Origin: Eledone cirrhosa
Taxonomy: Eukaryota
Direction: 5' to 3'
Assembly (NCBI GenBank): GCA_964016885.1
Contig: CAXHJY010001327.1
Coordinates: 124,001-188,000 of the forward strand
DNA: 64,000 nucleotides
Numbering within the stretch: position 1 is the first letter of the stretch; the number at the start of each line of letters is the position of its first letter. Shown one piece after another: positions 30,001 through 46,422 of the stretch. The translations under genes were made by a program, and so were the position numbers. The notes under the pieces were generated by a model. That model had not been told where the DNA came from. It saw nothing but the letters and a program-made list of their open reading frames with translations, and did not search any database.

Positions 30001-33000
30001 ACTTAATAGAATACCATTCTAATACTGTGGAACTTTGGTTAATCAAACTTAATAAAATACTATTTATAATACCGTGGAACCTTTTTGGTTAACCTAACTT
30101 GATAAAATACTATTATAATAGTGGAACTTTGGTTAACCTAACTTAATAAAATACTATTATAATACTGTGGAACTTTGGTTAACCTAACTTAATAAAATAC
30201 TATTATAATACTGTGGAACTTTGGTTAACCTAACTTAATAAAATACTATTATAATACTGTGGAACTTTGGTTAACCTAACTTAATAAAATACTATTATAA
30301 TACTGTGGAACTTTGGTTAACCTAACTTAATAAAATATTATTATAATACTGTGGAACTTTGGTTAACCTAACTTAATAAAATACTATTTTAATACTGTGG
30401 AACTTTGGTTAACCTAACTTAATAAAATACTATTATAATACTGCGGAACTTTGGTTAACCTAACTTAATAAAATACTATTATAATACTGTGGAACTTTGG
30501 TTAACCTAACTTAATAAAATACTATTATAATACTGTGGAACTTTGGTTAACCTAACTTAATAAAATACCAATATAATACTGCGGAACTTTGGTTAACCTA
30601 ACTTAATAAAATACTAATATAATACTGCGGAACATTGGTTGATCTAACTTAATAAAATACTATTTATAAAACTGTGGGACCTTGGTTAACCTAACTTAAT
30701 AAAATACTATTATAATACTGTGTAACTTTGGTTAACCTAACTTAAAAAAATACCAATATAATACTGTGGAATCTTGGTTAACCTAACTTAATAAAATACT
30801 ATTTATAATACTGTGGAACCTTTGTTAACCTAACTTAATAAAATACTATTATAATACTGTGGAACTTTGGTTAACCTAATTTAATAAAATACCAATATAA
30901 TACTGTGGAACTTTGGTTAACCTAACTTAATAAAATACTATTATAATACTGTGGAACTTTGGTTAACCGAACTTAATAAAATACTATTATAATACTGTGG
31001 AACTTTGGTTAACCGAACTTAATAAAATACCAATATAATACTGTGGAACTTTGCTTAACCTAACGTAATAAAATACTATTATAATACTGTGGAACTTTGG
31101 TTAACCTAACTTAATAAAATACTATTATAATAGTGTGGAACTTTGTATAACCTAACTTAATAAAATACCATTATAATACTGTGGAATCTTGGTTAACCTA
31201 ACTTAATAAAATACTATTATAATACTGTGGAACTTTGGTTAACCTAACTTAATAAAATACTATTATAATACTGTGGAACTTTGGTTAACCTAACCTAATA
31301 AAATACTATTATAATACTATGGAACTTTGGTTAACCTAACTTAATAAAATACTATTATAATACTGTGGAACTTTAGTTAACCTATTTGGTTAACCTAACT
31401 TAATAAAATACTAATACAATACTGTGGTACCTTGGTTACCCTAACTTAATAAAATACTATTATAAGACTGTGGAACCTTGGTTAACCTAACTTAATAAAA
31501 TACTCTTATAATACTGTGGAACTTTGGTTAACCTAACGTAATAAAATACCATTATAATACTGTGGAACCTTGATTAATCTAACTTAATAGAATACCATTC
31601 TAATACTGTGGAACTTTGGTTATTCAAACTTAATAAAATACTATTTATAATACCGTGGAACCTTTTTGGTTAACCTAACTTGATAAAATACTATAATAAT
31701 ACTGTGGAACTTTGGTTAACCTAACTTAATAAAATACCATTATAATACTGTGGAACCTTGATTAACCTAACTTAATAGAATACCATTCTAATACTGTGGA
31801 ACCTTGATTAACCTAACTTAATAGAATACCATTCTAATACTGTGGAACTTTGGTTATTCAAACTTAATAAAATACTATTTATAATACCGTGGAACCTTTT
31901 TGGTTAACCTAACTTGATAAAATACTATTATAATAGTGGAACTTTGGTTAACCTAACTTAATAAAATACTATTATAATACTGTGGAACCTTTGTTAACCT
32001 AACTTAATAAAATACTATTATAATACTGTGGAACCTTTGTTAACCTAACTTAATAAAATACTATTATAATACTGTGGAACTTTGGTTAACCTAATTTAAT
32101 AAAATACCAATATAATACTGTGGAACTTTGGTTAACCTAACTTAATAAAATACTATTTATAATACTGTGGAACCTTTGTTAACCTAACTTAATAAAATAC
32201 TATTATAATACTGTGGAACTTTGGTTAACCTAATTTAATAAAATACCAATATAATACTGTGGAACTTTGGTTAACCTAACTTAATAAAATACTATTATAA
32301 TACTGTGGAACTTTGGTTAACCGAACTTAATAAAATACTATTATAATACTGTGGAACTTTGGTTAACCGAACTTAATAAAATACCAATATAATACTGTGG
32401 AACTTTGCTTAACCTAACGTAATAAAATACTATTATAATACTGTGGAACTTTGGTTAACCTAACTTAATAAAATACTATTATAATAGTGTGGAACTTTGT
32501 ATAACCTAACTTAATAAAATACCATTATAATACTGTGGAATCTTGGTTAACCTAACTTAATAAAATACTATTATAATACTGTGGAACTTTGGTTAACCTA
32601 ACTTAATAAAATACTATTATAATACTGTGGAACTTTGGTTAACCTAACCTAATAAAATACTATTATAATACTATGGAACTTTGGTTAACCTAACTTAATA
32701 AAATACTATTATAATACTGTGGAACTTTAGTTAACCTATTTGGTTAACCTAACTTAATAAAATACTAATACAATACTGTGGTACCTTGGTTACCCTAACT
32801 TAATAAAATACTATTATAATACTGTGGAACCTTGGTTAACCTAACTTAATAAAATACTCTTATAATACTGTGGAACTTTGGTTAACCTAACGTAATAAAA
32901 TACCATTATAATACTGTGGAACCTTGATTAATCTAACTTAATAAAATACCATTCTAATACTGTGGAACTTTGGTTAATCAAACTTAATAAAATACTATTT

Positions 33001-36000
33001 ATAATACCGTGGAACCTTTTTGGTTAACCTAACTTAATAAAATACTATAATAATACTGTGGAAGTTTGGTTAACCTAACTTAATAAAATACCATTATAAT
33101 ACTGTGGAACCTTGATTAACCTAACTTAATAGAATACCATTCTAATACTGTGGAACTTTGGTTAATCAAACTTAATAAAATACTATTTATAATACCGTGG
33201 AACCTTTTTGGTTAACCTAACTTGATAAAATACTATTATAATAGTGGAACTTTGGTTAACCTAACTTAATAAAATACTATTATAATACTGTGGAACTTTG
33301 GTTAACCTAACTTAATAAAATACTATTATAATACTGTGGAACTTTGGTTAACCTAACTTAATAAAATACGATTATAATACTGTGGAACTTTGGTTAACCT
33401 AACTTAATAAAATACTATTATAATACTGTGGAACTTTGGTTAACCTAACTTAATAAAATACTATTATAATACTGCGGAACTTTGGTTAACCTAACTTAAT
33501 AAAATACTATTATAATACTGTGGAACTTTGGTTAACCTAACTTAATAAAATACTATTATAATACTGCGGAACATTGGTTAACCTAACTTAATAAAATACG
33601 AATATAAAACTGCGGAATTTTGGTTAACCTAACTTAATAAAATACTAATATAATACTGCGGAACATTGGTTAACCTAACTTAATAAAATACCAATATAAT
33701 ACTGCGGAACTTTGGTTAACCTAACTTAATAAAATACTAATATAATACTGCGGAACATTGGTTGATCTAACTTAATAAAATACTATTTATAAAACTGTGG
33801 GACCTTGGTTAACCTAACTTAATAAAATACTATTATAATACTGTGTAACTTTGGTTAACCTAACTTAATAAAATACCAATATAATACAGTGCAACCTTGG
33901 TTAACCTAACTTAATAAAATACTATTATAATACTGTGGAACTTTGTTCAACCTAACTTAATAAAATACTATCATAATACTGTGGAACCTTGGTTAACCTA
34001 ACTTAATAAAATACCATTATAATACTGTGGAACTTTGGTTAACCTAACTTAATAAAATACTATTATAATACTGTGTAACTTTGGTTAACCTAACTTAATA
34101 AAATACCAATATAATACTGTGCAACCTTGGTTAACCTAACTTAATAAAATACTATTATAATACTGTAGAACCTTGGTTAACCTAACTTAATAAAATACTC
34201 TTATAATACTGTGGAACTTTGGTTAACCTAACGTAATAAAATACCATTATAATACTGTGGAACTTTGGTTAACAAAACTTAATAAAATACTATTATAATA
34301 ATGTGGAACTTTGGTTAACCTAAGTTAATAAAATACCATTATAATACTGTGGAACCTTGATTAACCTAACTTAATAGAATACCATTCTAATACTTTGGAA
34401 CTTTGGTTAATCAAACTTAATAAAATACTATTTATAATACCGTGGATCCTTTTTTGTTAACCTAACTTAATAAAATACTATTATAATACTGTGGAACTTT
34501 AGTTAACCTATTTGGTTAACCTAACTTAATAAAATACTATTATAATAGTGGAACTTTGGTTAACCTATTTGGTTAACAAAACTTAATAAAATACTATTAT
34601 AATAGTGTGGAACCTTGGTTAACCTAACTTAATAAAATACTATTTATAATACTGTGGAACCTTTGTTAACCTAACTTAATAAAATACTATTATAATACTG
34701 TGGAACTTTGGTTAACCTAATTTAATAAAATACCAATATAATACTGTGGAACTTTGGTTAACCTAACTTAATAAAATACTATTATAATACTGTGGAACTT
34801 TGGTTAACCGAACTTAATAAAATACTATTATAATACTGTGGAACTTTGGTTAACCGAACTTAATAAAATACCAATATAATACTGTGGAACTTTGTATAAC
34901 CTAACTTAATAAAATACCATTATAATACTGTGGAATCTTGGTTAACCTAACTTAATAAAATACTATTATAATACTGTGGAACTTTGGTTAACCTAACTTA
35001 ATAAAATACTATTATAATACTGTGGAACTTTGGTTAACCTAACCTAATAAAATACTATTATAATACTATGGAACTTTGGTTAACCTAACTTAATAAAATA
35101 CTATTATAATACTGTGGAACTTTAGTTAACCTATTTGGTTAACCTAACTTAATAAAATACTAATACAATACTGTGGAACTTTGGTTAATCAAACTTAATA
35201 AAATACTATTTATAATACCGTGGAACCTTTTTGGTTAACCTAACTTAATAAAATACTATCATAATACTGTGGAACTTTGGTTAACTAACTTAATAAAATA
35301 CCATTATAATACTGCGGAACCTTGGTTAACCTAACTTAACAAAATACTATTATAATACTGTGGAACCTTAGTTAACCTAACTTAATAAAATACTCTTATA
35401 ATACTGTGGAACTTTGGTTAACCTAACGTAATAAAATACCATTATAATACTGTGGAACTTTGGTTAACAAAACTTAATAAAATACTATTATAATACTGTG
35501 GAACTTTGGTTAACCTAACTTAATAAAATACTATTTTAATACTGTGGAACTTTGGTTAACCTAACTTAATAAAATACTATTATAATACTGCGGAACTTTG
35601 GTTAACCTAACTTAATAAAATACTATTATAATACTGTGGAACTTTGGTTAACCTAACTTAATAAAATACTATTATAATACTGTGGAACTTTGGTTAACCT
35701 AACTTAATAAAATACTATTATAATACTGCGGAACATTGGTTAACCTAACTTAATAAAATACGAATATAAAACTGCGGAATTTTGGTTAACCTAACTTAAT
35801 AAAATACTAATATAATACTGCGGAACATTGGTTAACCTAACTTAATAAAATACCAATATAATACTGCGGAACTTTGGTTAACCTAACTTAATAAAATACT
35901 AATATAATACTGCGGAACATTGGTTGATCTAACTTAATAAAATACTATTTATAAAACTGTGGGACCTTGGTTAACCTAACTTAATAAAATACTATTATAA

Positions 36001-39000
36001 TACTGTGTAACTTTGGTTAACCTAACTTAAAAAAATACCAATATAATACTGTGGAATCTTGGTTAACCTAACTTAATAAAATACTATTTATAATACTGTA
36101 GAACCTTTGTTAACCTAACTTAATAAAATACTATTATAATACTGTGGAACTTTGGTTAACCTAATTTAATAAAATACCAATATAATACTGTGGAACTTTG
36201 GTTAACCTAACTTAATAAAATACTATTATAATACTGTGGAACTTTGGTTAACCGAACTTAATAAAATACTATTATAATACTGTGGAACTTTGGTTAACCG
36301 AACTTAATAAAATACCAATATAATACTGTGGAACTTTGCTTAACCTAACGTAATAAAATACTATTATAATACTGTGGAACTTTGGTTAACCTAACTTAAT
36401 AAAATACTATTATAATAGTGTGGAACTTTGTATAACCTAACTTAATAAAATACCATTATAATACTGTGGAATCTTGGTTAACCTAACTTAATAAAATACT
36501 ATTATAATACTGTGGAACTTTGGTTAACCTAACTTAATAAAATACTATTATAATACTGTGGAACTTTGGTTAACCTAACCTAATAAAATACTATTATAAT
36601 ACTATGGAACTTTGGTTAACCTAATTTAATAAAATACTATTATAATACTGTGGAACTTTAGTTAACCTATTTGGTTAACCTAACTTAATAAAATACTAAT
36701 ACAATACTGTGGTACCTTGGTTACCCTAACTTAATAAAATACTATTATAAGACTGTGGAACCTTGGTTAACCTAACTTAATAAAATACTCTTATAATACT
36801 GTGGAACTTTGGTTAACCTAACGTAATAAAATACCATTATAATACTGTGGAACCTTGATTAATCTAACTTAATAGAATACCATTCTAATACTGTGGAACT
36901 TTGGTTAATCAAACTTAATAAAATACTATTTATAATACCGTGGAACCTTTTTGGTTAACCTAACTTAATAAAATACTATAATAATACTGTGGAACTTTGG
37001 TTAACCTAACTTAATAAAATACCATTATAATACTGTGGAACCTTGATTAACCTAACTTAATAGAATACCATTCTAATACTGTGGAACCTTGATTAACCTA
37101 ACTTAATAGAATACCATTCTAATACTGTGGAACTTTGGTTAATCAAACTTAATAAAATACTATTTATAATACCGTGGAACCTTTTTGGTTAACCTAACTT
37201 GATAAAATACTATTATAATAGTGGAACTTTGGTTAACCTAACTTAATAAAATACTATTATAATACTGTGGAACTTTGCTTAACCTAACGTAATAAAATAC
37301 TATTATAATACTGTGGAACTTTGGTTAACCTAACTTAATAAAATATTATTATAATACTGTGGAACTTTGGTTAACCTAACTTAATAAAATACTATTTTAA
37401 TACTGTGGAACTTTGGTTAACCTAACTTAATAAAATACTATTATAATACTGCGGCACTTTGGTTAACCTAACTTAATAAAATACTATTATAATACTGTGG
37501 AACTTTGGTTAACCTAACTTAATAAAATACTATTATAATACTGCGGAACATTGGTTAACCTAACTTAATAAAATACGAATATAAAACTGCGGAATTTTGG
37601 TTAACCTAACTTAATAAAATACTAATATAATACTGCGGAACATTGGTTAACCTAACTTAATAAAATACCAATATAATACTGCGGAACTTTGGTTAACCTA
37701 ACTTAATAAAATACTAATATAATACTGCGGAACATTGGTTGATCTAACTTAATAAAATACTATTTATAAAACTGTGGGACCTTGGTTAACCTAACTTAAT
37801 AAAATACTATTATAATACTGTGTAACTTTGGTTAACCTAACTTAATAAAATACCAATATAATACTGTGCAACCTTGGTTAACCTAACTTAATAAAATACT
37901 ATTATAATACTGTGGAACTTTGTTTAACCTAACTTAATAAAATACTATTATAATACTGTGGAAATTTGGTTAACATAACTTAATAAAATACTATTATAAT
38001 ACTGTGGAACTTTGGTTAACCTAACTTAATAAAATACTATTATAAGACTGTGGAACTTTGGTTAACCTAACTTAATAAAATACTATCATAATACTGTGGA
38101 ACTTTGGTTAACCTAACTTAATAGAATAGCATTCTAAAACTGTGGAACTTTGGTTAACCTAACTTAATAAAATACTATCATAATACTGTGGAACCTTGGT
38201 TAACCTAACTTAATAAAATACCATTATAATACTGTGGAACTTTGGTTAACCTAACTTAATAAAATACTATTATAATACTGTGGAACTTTGGTTAACCTAA
38301 CCTAATAAAATACTATTATAATACTGTGGAACTTTAGTTAACCTATTTGGTTAACCTAACTTAATAAAATACTAATACAATACTGTGGTACCTTGGTTAC
38401 CCTAACTTAATAAAATACTATTATAATACTGTGGAACCTTGGTTAACCTAACTTAATAAAATACTCTTATAATACTGTGGAACTTTGGTTAACCTAACGT
38501 AATAAAATACCATTATAATACTGTGGAACCTTGATTAATCTAACTTAATAGAATACCATTCTAATACTGTGGAACTTTGGTTAATCAAACTTAATAAAAT
38601 ACTATTTATAATACCGTGGAACCTTTTTGGTTAACCTAACTTAATAAAATACTATAATAATACTGTGGAACTTTGGTTAACCTAACTTAATAAAATACCA
38701 TTATAATACTGTGGAACCTTGATTAACCTATCTTAATAGAATACCATTCTAATACTGTGGAACTTTGGTTAATCAAACTTAATAAAATACTATTTATAAT
38801 ACCGTGGAACCTTTTTGGTTAACCTAACTTGATAAAATACTATTATAATAGTGGAACTTTGGTTAACCTATTTGGTTAACAAAACTTAATAAAATACTAT
38901 TATAATAGTGTGGAACCTTGGTTAACCTAACTTAATAAAATACTATTATAACACTGTGGAACTTTGGTTAACCTAACTTAATAAAATACTATTATAAGAC

Positions 39001-42000
39001 TGTGGAACTTTGGTTAACCTAACTTAATAAAATACTATTATAAGACTGTGGAACTTTGGTTAACCTAACTTAATAAAATACTATCATAATACTGTGGAAC
39101 TTTGGTTAACCTAACTTAATAGAATACTATTCTAATACTGTGGAACTTTGGTTAACCTAACTTAGTAAAATACTATCATAATACTGTGGAACTTTGGTTA
39201 ACCTAACTTAATAAAATACCATTATAATACTGCGGAACCTTGGTTAACCTAACTTAATAAAATACTATTATAATACTGTGGAACCTTGGTTAACCTAACT
39301 TAATAAAATACTCTTATAATACTGTGGAACTTTGGTTAACCTCACGTAATAAAATACCATTATAATACTGTGGAACTTGGGTTAACAAAACTTAATAAAA
39401 TACTATTATAATACTGTGGAACTTTGGTTAATCAAACTTAATAAAATACCATTATAATACTGTGGAACCTTGATTAATCTAACTTAATAGAATACCATTC
39501 TAATACTGTGGAACTTTGGTTAATCAAACTTAATAAAATACTATTTATAATACCGTGGAACCTTTTTGGTTAACCTAACTTAATAAAATACTATAATAAT
39601 ACTGTGGAACTTTGGTTAACCTAACTTAATAAAATACCATTATAATACTGTGGAACCTTGATTAACCTAACTTAATAGAATACCATTCTAATACTGTGGA
39701 ACTTTGGTTAATCAAACTTAATAAAATACTATTTATAATACCGTGGATCCTTTTTTGTTAACCTAACTTAATAAATACTATTATAATACTGTGGAACTTT
39801 AGTTAACCTATTTGGTTAACCTAACTTAATAAAATACTATTATAATAGTGGAACTTTGGTTAACCTATTTGGTTAACAAAACTTAATAAAATACTATTAT
39901 AATAGTGTGGAACCTTGGTTAACCTAACTTAATAAAATACTATGTATAATACTGTGGAACCTTTGTTAACCTAACCTAATAAAATACTATTATAATACTG
40001 TGGAACTTTGGTTAACCTAACTTAATAAAATACTATCATAATACTGTGGAACTTTGGTTAACCTAACTTAATAAAATACCATTATAATACTGCGGAATCT
40101 TGGTTAACCTAACTTAATAAAATACTATTATAATACTGTGGAACCTTGGTTAACCTAACTTAATAGAATACCATTATAATACTGTGGAACCTTGGTAAAC
40201 CTAACTTAATAAAATACTATTATAATACTGTGGAACTTTAGTTAACCTATTTGGTTAACCTAACTTAATAAAATACTAATACAATACTGTGGTACCTTGG
40301 TTACCCTAACTTAATAAAATACTATTATAATACTGTGGAACCTTGGTTAACCTAACTTAATAAAATACTCTTATAATACTGTGGAACTTTGGTTAACCTA
40401 ACGTAATAAAATACCATTATAATACTGTGGAACCATGATTAATCTAACTTAATAGAATACCATTCTAATACTGTGGAACTTTGGTTAATCAAACTTAATA
40501 AAATACTATTTATAATACCGTGGAACCTTTTTGGTTAACCTAACTTAATAAAATACTATAATAATACTGTGGAACTTTGGTTAACCTAACTTAATAAAAT
40601 ACCATTATAATACTGTGGAACCTTGATTAACCTAACTTAATAGAATACCATTCTAATACTGTGGAACTTTGGTTAATCAAACTTAATAAAATACTATTTA
40701 TAATACCGTGGAACCTTTTTGGTTAACCTAACTTGATAAAATACTATTATAATAGTGGAACTTTGGTTAACCTATTTGGTTAACAAAACTTAATAAAATA
40801 CTATTATAATAGTGTGGAACCTTGGTTAACCTAACTTAATAAAATACTATTATAACACTGTGGAACTTTGGTTAACCTAACTTAATAAAATACTATTATA
40901 AGACTGTGGAACTTTGGTTAACCTAACTTAATAAAATACTATTATAAGACTGTGGAACTTTGGTTAACCTAACTTAATAAAATACTATCATAATACTGTG
41001 GAACTTTGGTTAACCTAACTTAATAGAATACTATTCTAATACTGTGGAACTTTGGTTAACCTAACTTAGTAAAATACTATCATAATACTGTGGAACTTTG
41101 GTTAACCTAACTTAATAAAATACCATTATAATACTGCGGAACCTTGGTTAACCTAATTAATAAAATACTATTATAATACTGTGGAACCTTGGTTAACCTA
41201 ACTTAATAAAATACTCTTATAATACTGTGGAACTTTGGTTAACCTAACGTAATAAAATACCATTATAATACTGTGGAACTTGGGTTAACAAAACTTAATA
41301 AAATACTATTATAATACTGTGGAACTTTGGTTAACCTAACTTAATAAAATACCATTATAATACTGTGGAACCTTGATTAATCTAACTTAATAGAATACCA
41401 TTCTAATACTGTGGAACTTTGGTTAATCAAACTTAATAAAATACTATTTATAATACCGTGGAACCTTTTTGGTTAACCTAACTTAATAAAATACTATTAT
41501 AATAGTGGAACTTTGGTTAACCTATTTGGTTAACAAAACTTAATAAAATACTATTATAATAGTGTGGAACCTTGGTTAACCTAACTTAATAAAATACTAT
41601 TTATAATACTGTGGAACCTTTGTTAACCTAACCTAATAAAATACTATTATAATACTGTGGAACTTTGGTTAACCTAACTTAATAAAATACCAATATAATA
41701 CTGTGGAACTTTGGTTAACCGAACTTAATAAAATACTATTATAATACTGTGGAACTTTGGTTAACCGAACTTAATAAAATACCAATATAATACTGTGGAA
41801 CTTTGCTTAACCTAACGTAATAAAATACTATTATAATACTGTGGAACTTTGGTTAACCTAACTTAATAAAATACTATTATAATACTGTGGAACTTTGGTT
41901 AACATAACTTAATAAAATACTATTATAATACTGTGGAACTTTGGTTAACCTAACCTAATAAAATACTATTATAATACTATGGAACTTTGGTTAACCTAAC

Positions 42001-45000
42001 TTAATAAAATACTATCATAATACTGTGGAACTTTGGTTAACCTAACTTAATAGAATACCATTCTAATACTGTGGAACTTTGGTTAACCTAACTTAGTAAA
42101 ATACTATCATAATACTGTGGAACATTGGTTAACCTAACTTAATAAAATACTATTATAATACTGTGGAACTTTAGTTAACCTATTTGGTTAACTTAACTCA
42201 AAATACTAATACAATACTGTGGTACCTTGGTTACCCTAACTTAATAAAATACTATTATAATACTGTGGAACTTTGGTTAACCTAACGTAATAAAATACCA
42301 TTATAATACTGTGGAACCTTGATTAATCTAACTTAATAGAATACCATTCTAATACTGTGGAACTTTGGTTAATCAAACTTAATAAAATACTATTTATAAT
42401 ACCGTGGAACCATTTTGGTTAACCTAACTTAATAAAATACTATAATAATACTGTGGAACTTTGGTTAACCTAACTTAATAAAATACCATTATAATACTGT
42501 GGAACCTTGATTAACCTAACTTAATAGAATACCATTCTAATACTGTGGAACTTTGGTTAATCAAACTTAATAAAATACTATTTATGATACCGTGGAACTT
42601 TGGTTAACCTAACTTAATAAAATACTATTATAATACTGTGGAACTTTGGTTAACCTAACTTAATAAAATACCAATATAATACTGTGGCACTTTGGTTAAC
42701 CTAACTTAATAAAATACTATTATAATACTGTGGAACTTTGGTTAACCGAACTTAATAAAATACTATTATAATACTGTGGAACTTTGGTTAACCGAACTTA
42801 ATAAAATACCAATATAATATTGTGGAACTTTGGTTAACCTAACAATAAAATACTATTATAATACTGCGGAACCTTGGTTAACCTAACTTAATAAAATACC
42901 ATTATAATACTGTGGAATCTTGGTTAACCTAACTTAATAAAATACTATCATAATACTGTGGAACTTTGGTTAACCTAACTTAATAAAATACTATTATAAT
43001 ACTGTGGAACTTTGGTTAACCTAACTTAATAAAATACTATTATAATACTGTGGAACTTTGGTTAACCTAACTTAATAAAATACTATTATAATACTGTGGA
43101 ACTTTGGTTAACCTAACTTAATAAAATACTATTATAATACTGTGGAACTTTGGTTAACCTAACTTAATAAAATACTATTATAATACTGTGGAACTTTGGT
43201 TAACCTAACTTAATAAAATACTATTATAATACTGTGGAACTTTGGTTAACCTAACTTAATAAAATACTATTATAATACTGTGGAACTTTGGTTAACCTAA
43301 CTTAATAAAATACTATTATAATACTGTGGAACTTTGGTTAACCTAACTTAATAAAATACTATTATAATACTGTGGAACTTTGGTTAACCTAACTTAATAA
43401 AATACTATTATAATACGGTGGAACTTTGGTTAACCTAACTTAATAAAATACTATTATAATACTGTGGAACTTTGGTTAACCTAACTTAATAAAATACTAT
43501 TATAATACTGTGGAACTTTGGTTAACCTAACTTAATAAAATACTATTATAATACTGTGGAACTTTGGTTAACCTAACTTAATAAAATACTATTATAATAC
43601 TGTGGAACTTTGGTTAACCTAACTTAATAAAATACTATTATAATACTGTGGAACTTTGGTTAACCTAACTTAATAAAATAGTATTATAATACTGTGGAAC
43701 TTTGGTTAACCTAACTTAATAAAATACTATTATAATACTGTGGAACTTTGGTTAACCTAACTTAATAAAATACTATTTATAATACTGTGGAACCTTTGTT
43801 AACCTAACTTAATAAAATACTATTATAATACTGTGGAACTGTGGTTAACCTAACTTAATAAAATACAAATATAATACTGTGGCACTTTGGTTAACCTAAC
43901 TTAATAAAATACTATTATAATACTGTGGAACTTTGGTTAACCGAACTTAATAAAATACCAATATAATACTGTGGAACTTTGGTTAACCTAACAATAAAAT
44001 ACTATTATAATACTGTGGAACTTTGGTTAACCTAACTTAATAAAATACTATTATAATACTGTGGAACTTTGGTTAACCTAACTTAATAAAATACCATTAT
44101 AATACTGTGGAATCTTGGTTAACCTAACTTAATAAAATACTATTATAATACTGTGGAACTTTGGTTAACATAACTTAATAAAATACTATTATAATACTGT
44201 GGAACTTTGGTTAACCTAACCTAATAAAATACTATTATAATACTATGGAACTTTGGTTAACCTAACTTAATAAAATACTATCATAATACTGTGGAACTTT
44301 GGTTAACCTAACTTAATAGAATACCATTCTAATACTGTGGAACTTTGGTTAACCTAACTTAGTAAAATACTATCATAATACTGTGGAACCTTGGTTAACC
44401 TAACTTAATAAAATACCATTATAATACTGTGGAACCTTAGTTAACCTAACTTAATAAAATACTATTATAATACTGTGGAACTTTAGTTAACCTATTTGGT
44501 TAACTTAATTCAAAATACTAATACAATACTGTGGTACCTTGGTTACCCTAACTTAATAAAATACCATTATAATACTGTGGAACCTTGATTAACCTAACTT
44601 AATAGAATACCATTCTAATACTGTGGAACTTTGGTTAATCAAACTTAATAAAATACTATTTATAATACCGTGGAACCTTTTTGGTTAACCTAACTTGATA
44701 AAATACTATTATAATAGTGGAACTTTGTTTAACCTATTTGGTTAACCTAACTTAATAAAATACTATTTATAATACTGTGGAACTTTGGTTAACCTAACTT
44801 AATAAAATACTATTTATAATACTGTGGAACCTTTGTTAACCTAACTTAATAAAATACTATTATAATACTGTGGAACTTTGGTTAACCTAACTTAATAAAA
44901 TACCAATATAATACTGTGGAACCTTGGTTAACCTAACTTAATAAAATACTATTATAATACTGTGGAACTTTGGTTAACCTAACTTAATAGAATACTATTA

Positions 45001-46422
45001 TAATACTGTGGAACTTTGGTTAACCTAACTTAATAAAATACTATTATAATACTGTGGAACTTTGGTTAACCTAACTTAATAAAATACTATTATAATACTA
45101 TGGAACTTTGGTTAACCTAACTTAATAAAATACTATTATAATACTGTGGAACTTTGGTTAACCTAACTTAATAAAATACTATTATAATACTGTGGAACTT
45201 TGGTTAACCTAACTTAATAAAATACTATTATAATACTGTGGAACTTTGGTTAACCTAACTTAATAAAATACTATTATAATACTGTGGAACTTTGGTTAAC
45301 CTAACTTAATAAAATACTATTATAATACTGTGGAACTTTGGTTAACCTAACTTAATAAAATACTATTATAATACTGTGGAACTTTGGTTAACCTAACTTA
45401 ATAAAATACTATTATAATACTGTGGAACTTTGGTTAACCTAACTTAATAAAATACTATTATAATACTATGGAACTTTGGTTAACCTAACTTAATAAAATA
45501 CTATTATAATACTGTGGAACTTTGGTTAACCTAACTTAATAAAATACTATTATAATACTGTGGAACTTTGGTTAACCTAACTTAATAAAATACTATTATA
45601 ATACTGTGGAACTTTGGTTAACCTAACTTAATAAAATACTATTATAATACTGTGGAACTTTGGTTAACCTAACTTAATAAAATACTATTATAATACTGTG
45701 GAACTTTGGTTAACCTAACTTAATAAAATACTATTATAATACTGTGGAACTTTGGTTAACCTAACTTAATAAAATACTATTATAATACTGTGTAACTTTG
45801 GTTAACCTAACTTAATAAAATACTATTATAATACTGTGGAACTTTGGTTAACTTAACTTAATAAAATACTATTATAATACTGTGGAACTTTGGTTAACCT
45901 AACTTAATAAAATACTATTATAATACTGTGGAACTTTGGTTAACCTAACTTAATAAAATACTATTATAATACTGTGGAACTTTGGTTAACCTAACTTAAT
46001 AAAATACTATTATAATACTGTGGAACTTTGGTTAACCTAACTTAATAAAATACTATTATAATACTGTGGAACTTTGGTTAACCTAACTTAATAAAATACT
46101 ATTATAATACTGTGGAACTTTGGTTAACCTAACTTAATAAAATACTATTATAATACTGTGGAACTTTGGTTAACCTAACTTAATAAAATACTATTATAAT
46201 ACTGTGGAACTTTGGTTAACCTAACTTAATAAAATACTATTATAATACTGTGGAACTTTGGTTAACCTAACTTAATAAAATACTATTATAATACTGTGGA
46301 ACTTTGGTTAACCTAACTTAATAAAATACTATTTATAATACTGTGGAACCTTTGTTAACCTAACTTAATAAAATACTATTATAATACTGTGGAACTTTGG
46401 TTAACCTAACTTAATAAAATAC
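9030..46422 (+). repeat. 18,662-bp near-identical tandem duplication within satellite 1 (9030-27760 matches 27692-46422)
   Basis: Rare variants recur at a constant offset of 18,662: ATACGATT 9141/27803, GGAACCTCTG 10431/29093, TATGATACCG 23921/42583, ATACGGTGG 24751/43413. Confidence 0.93.
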
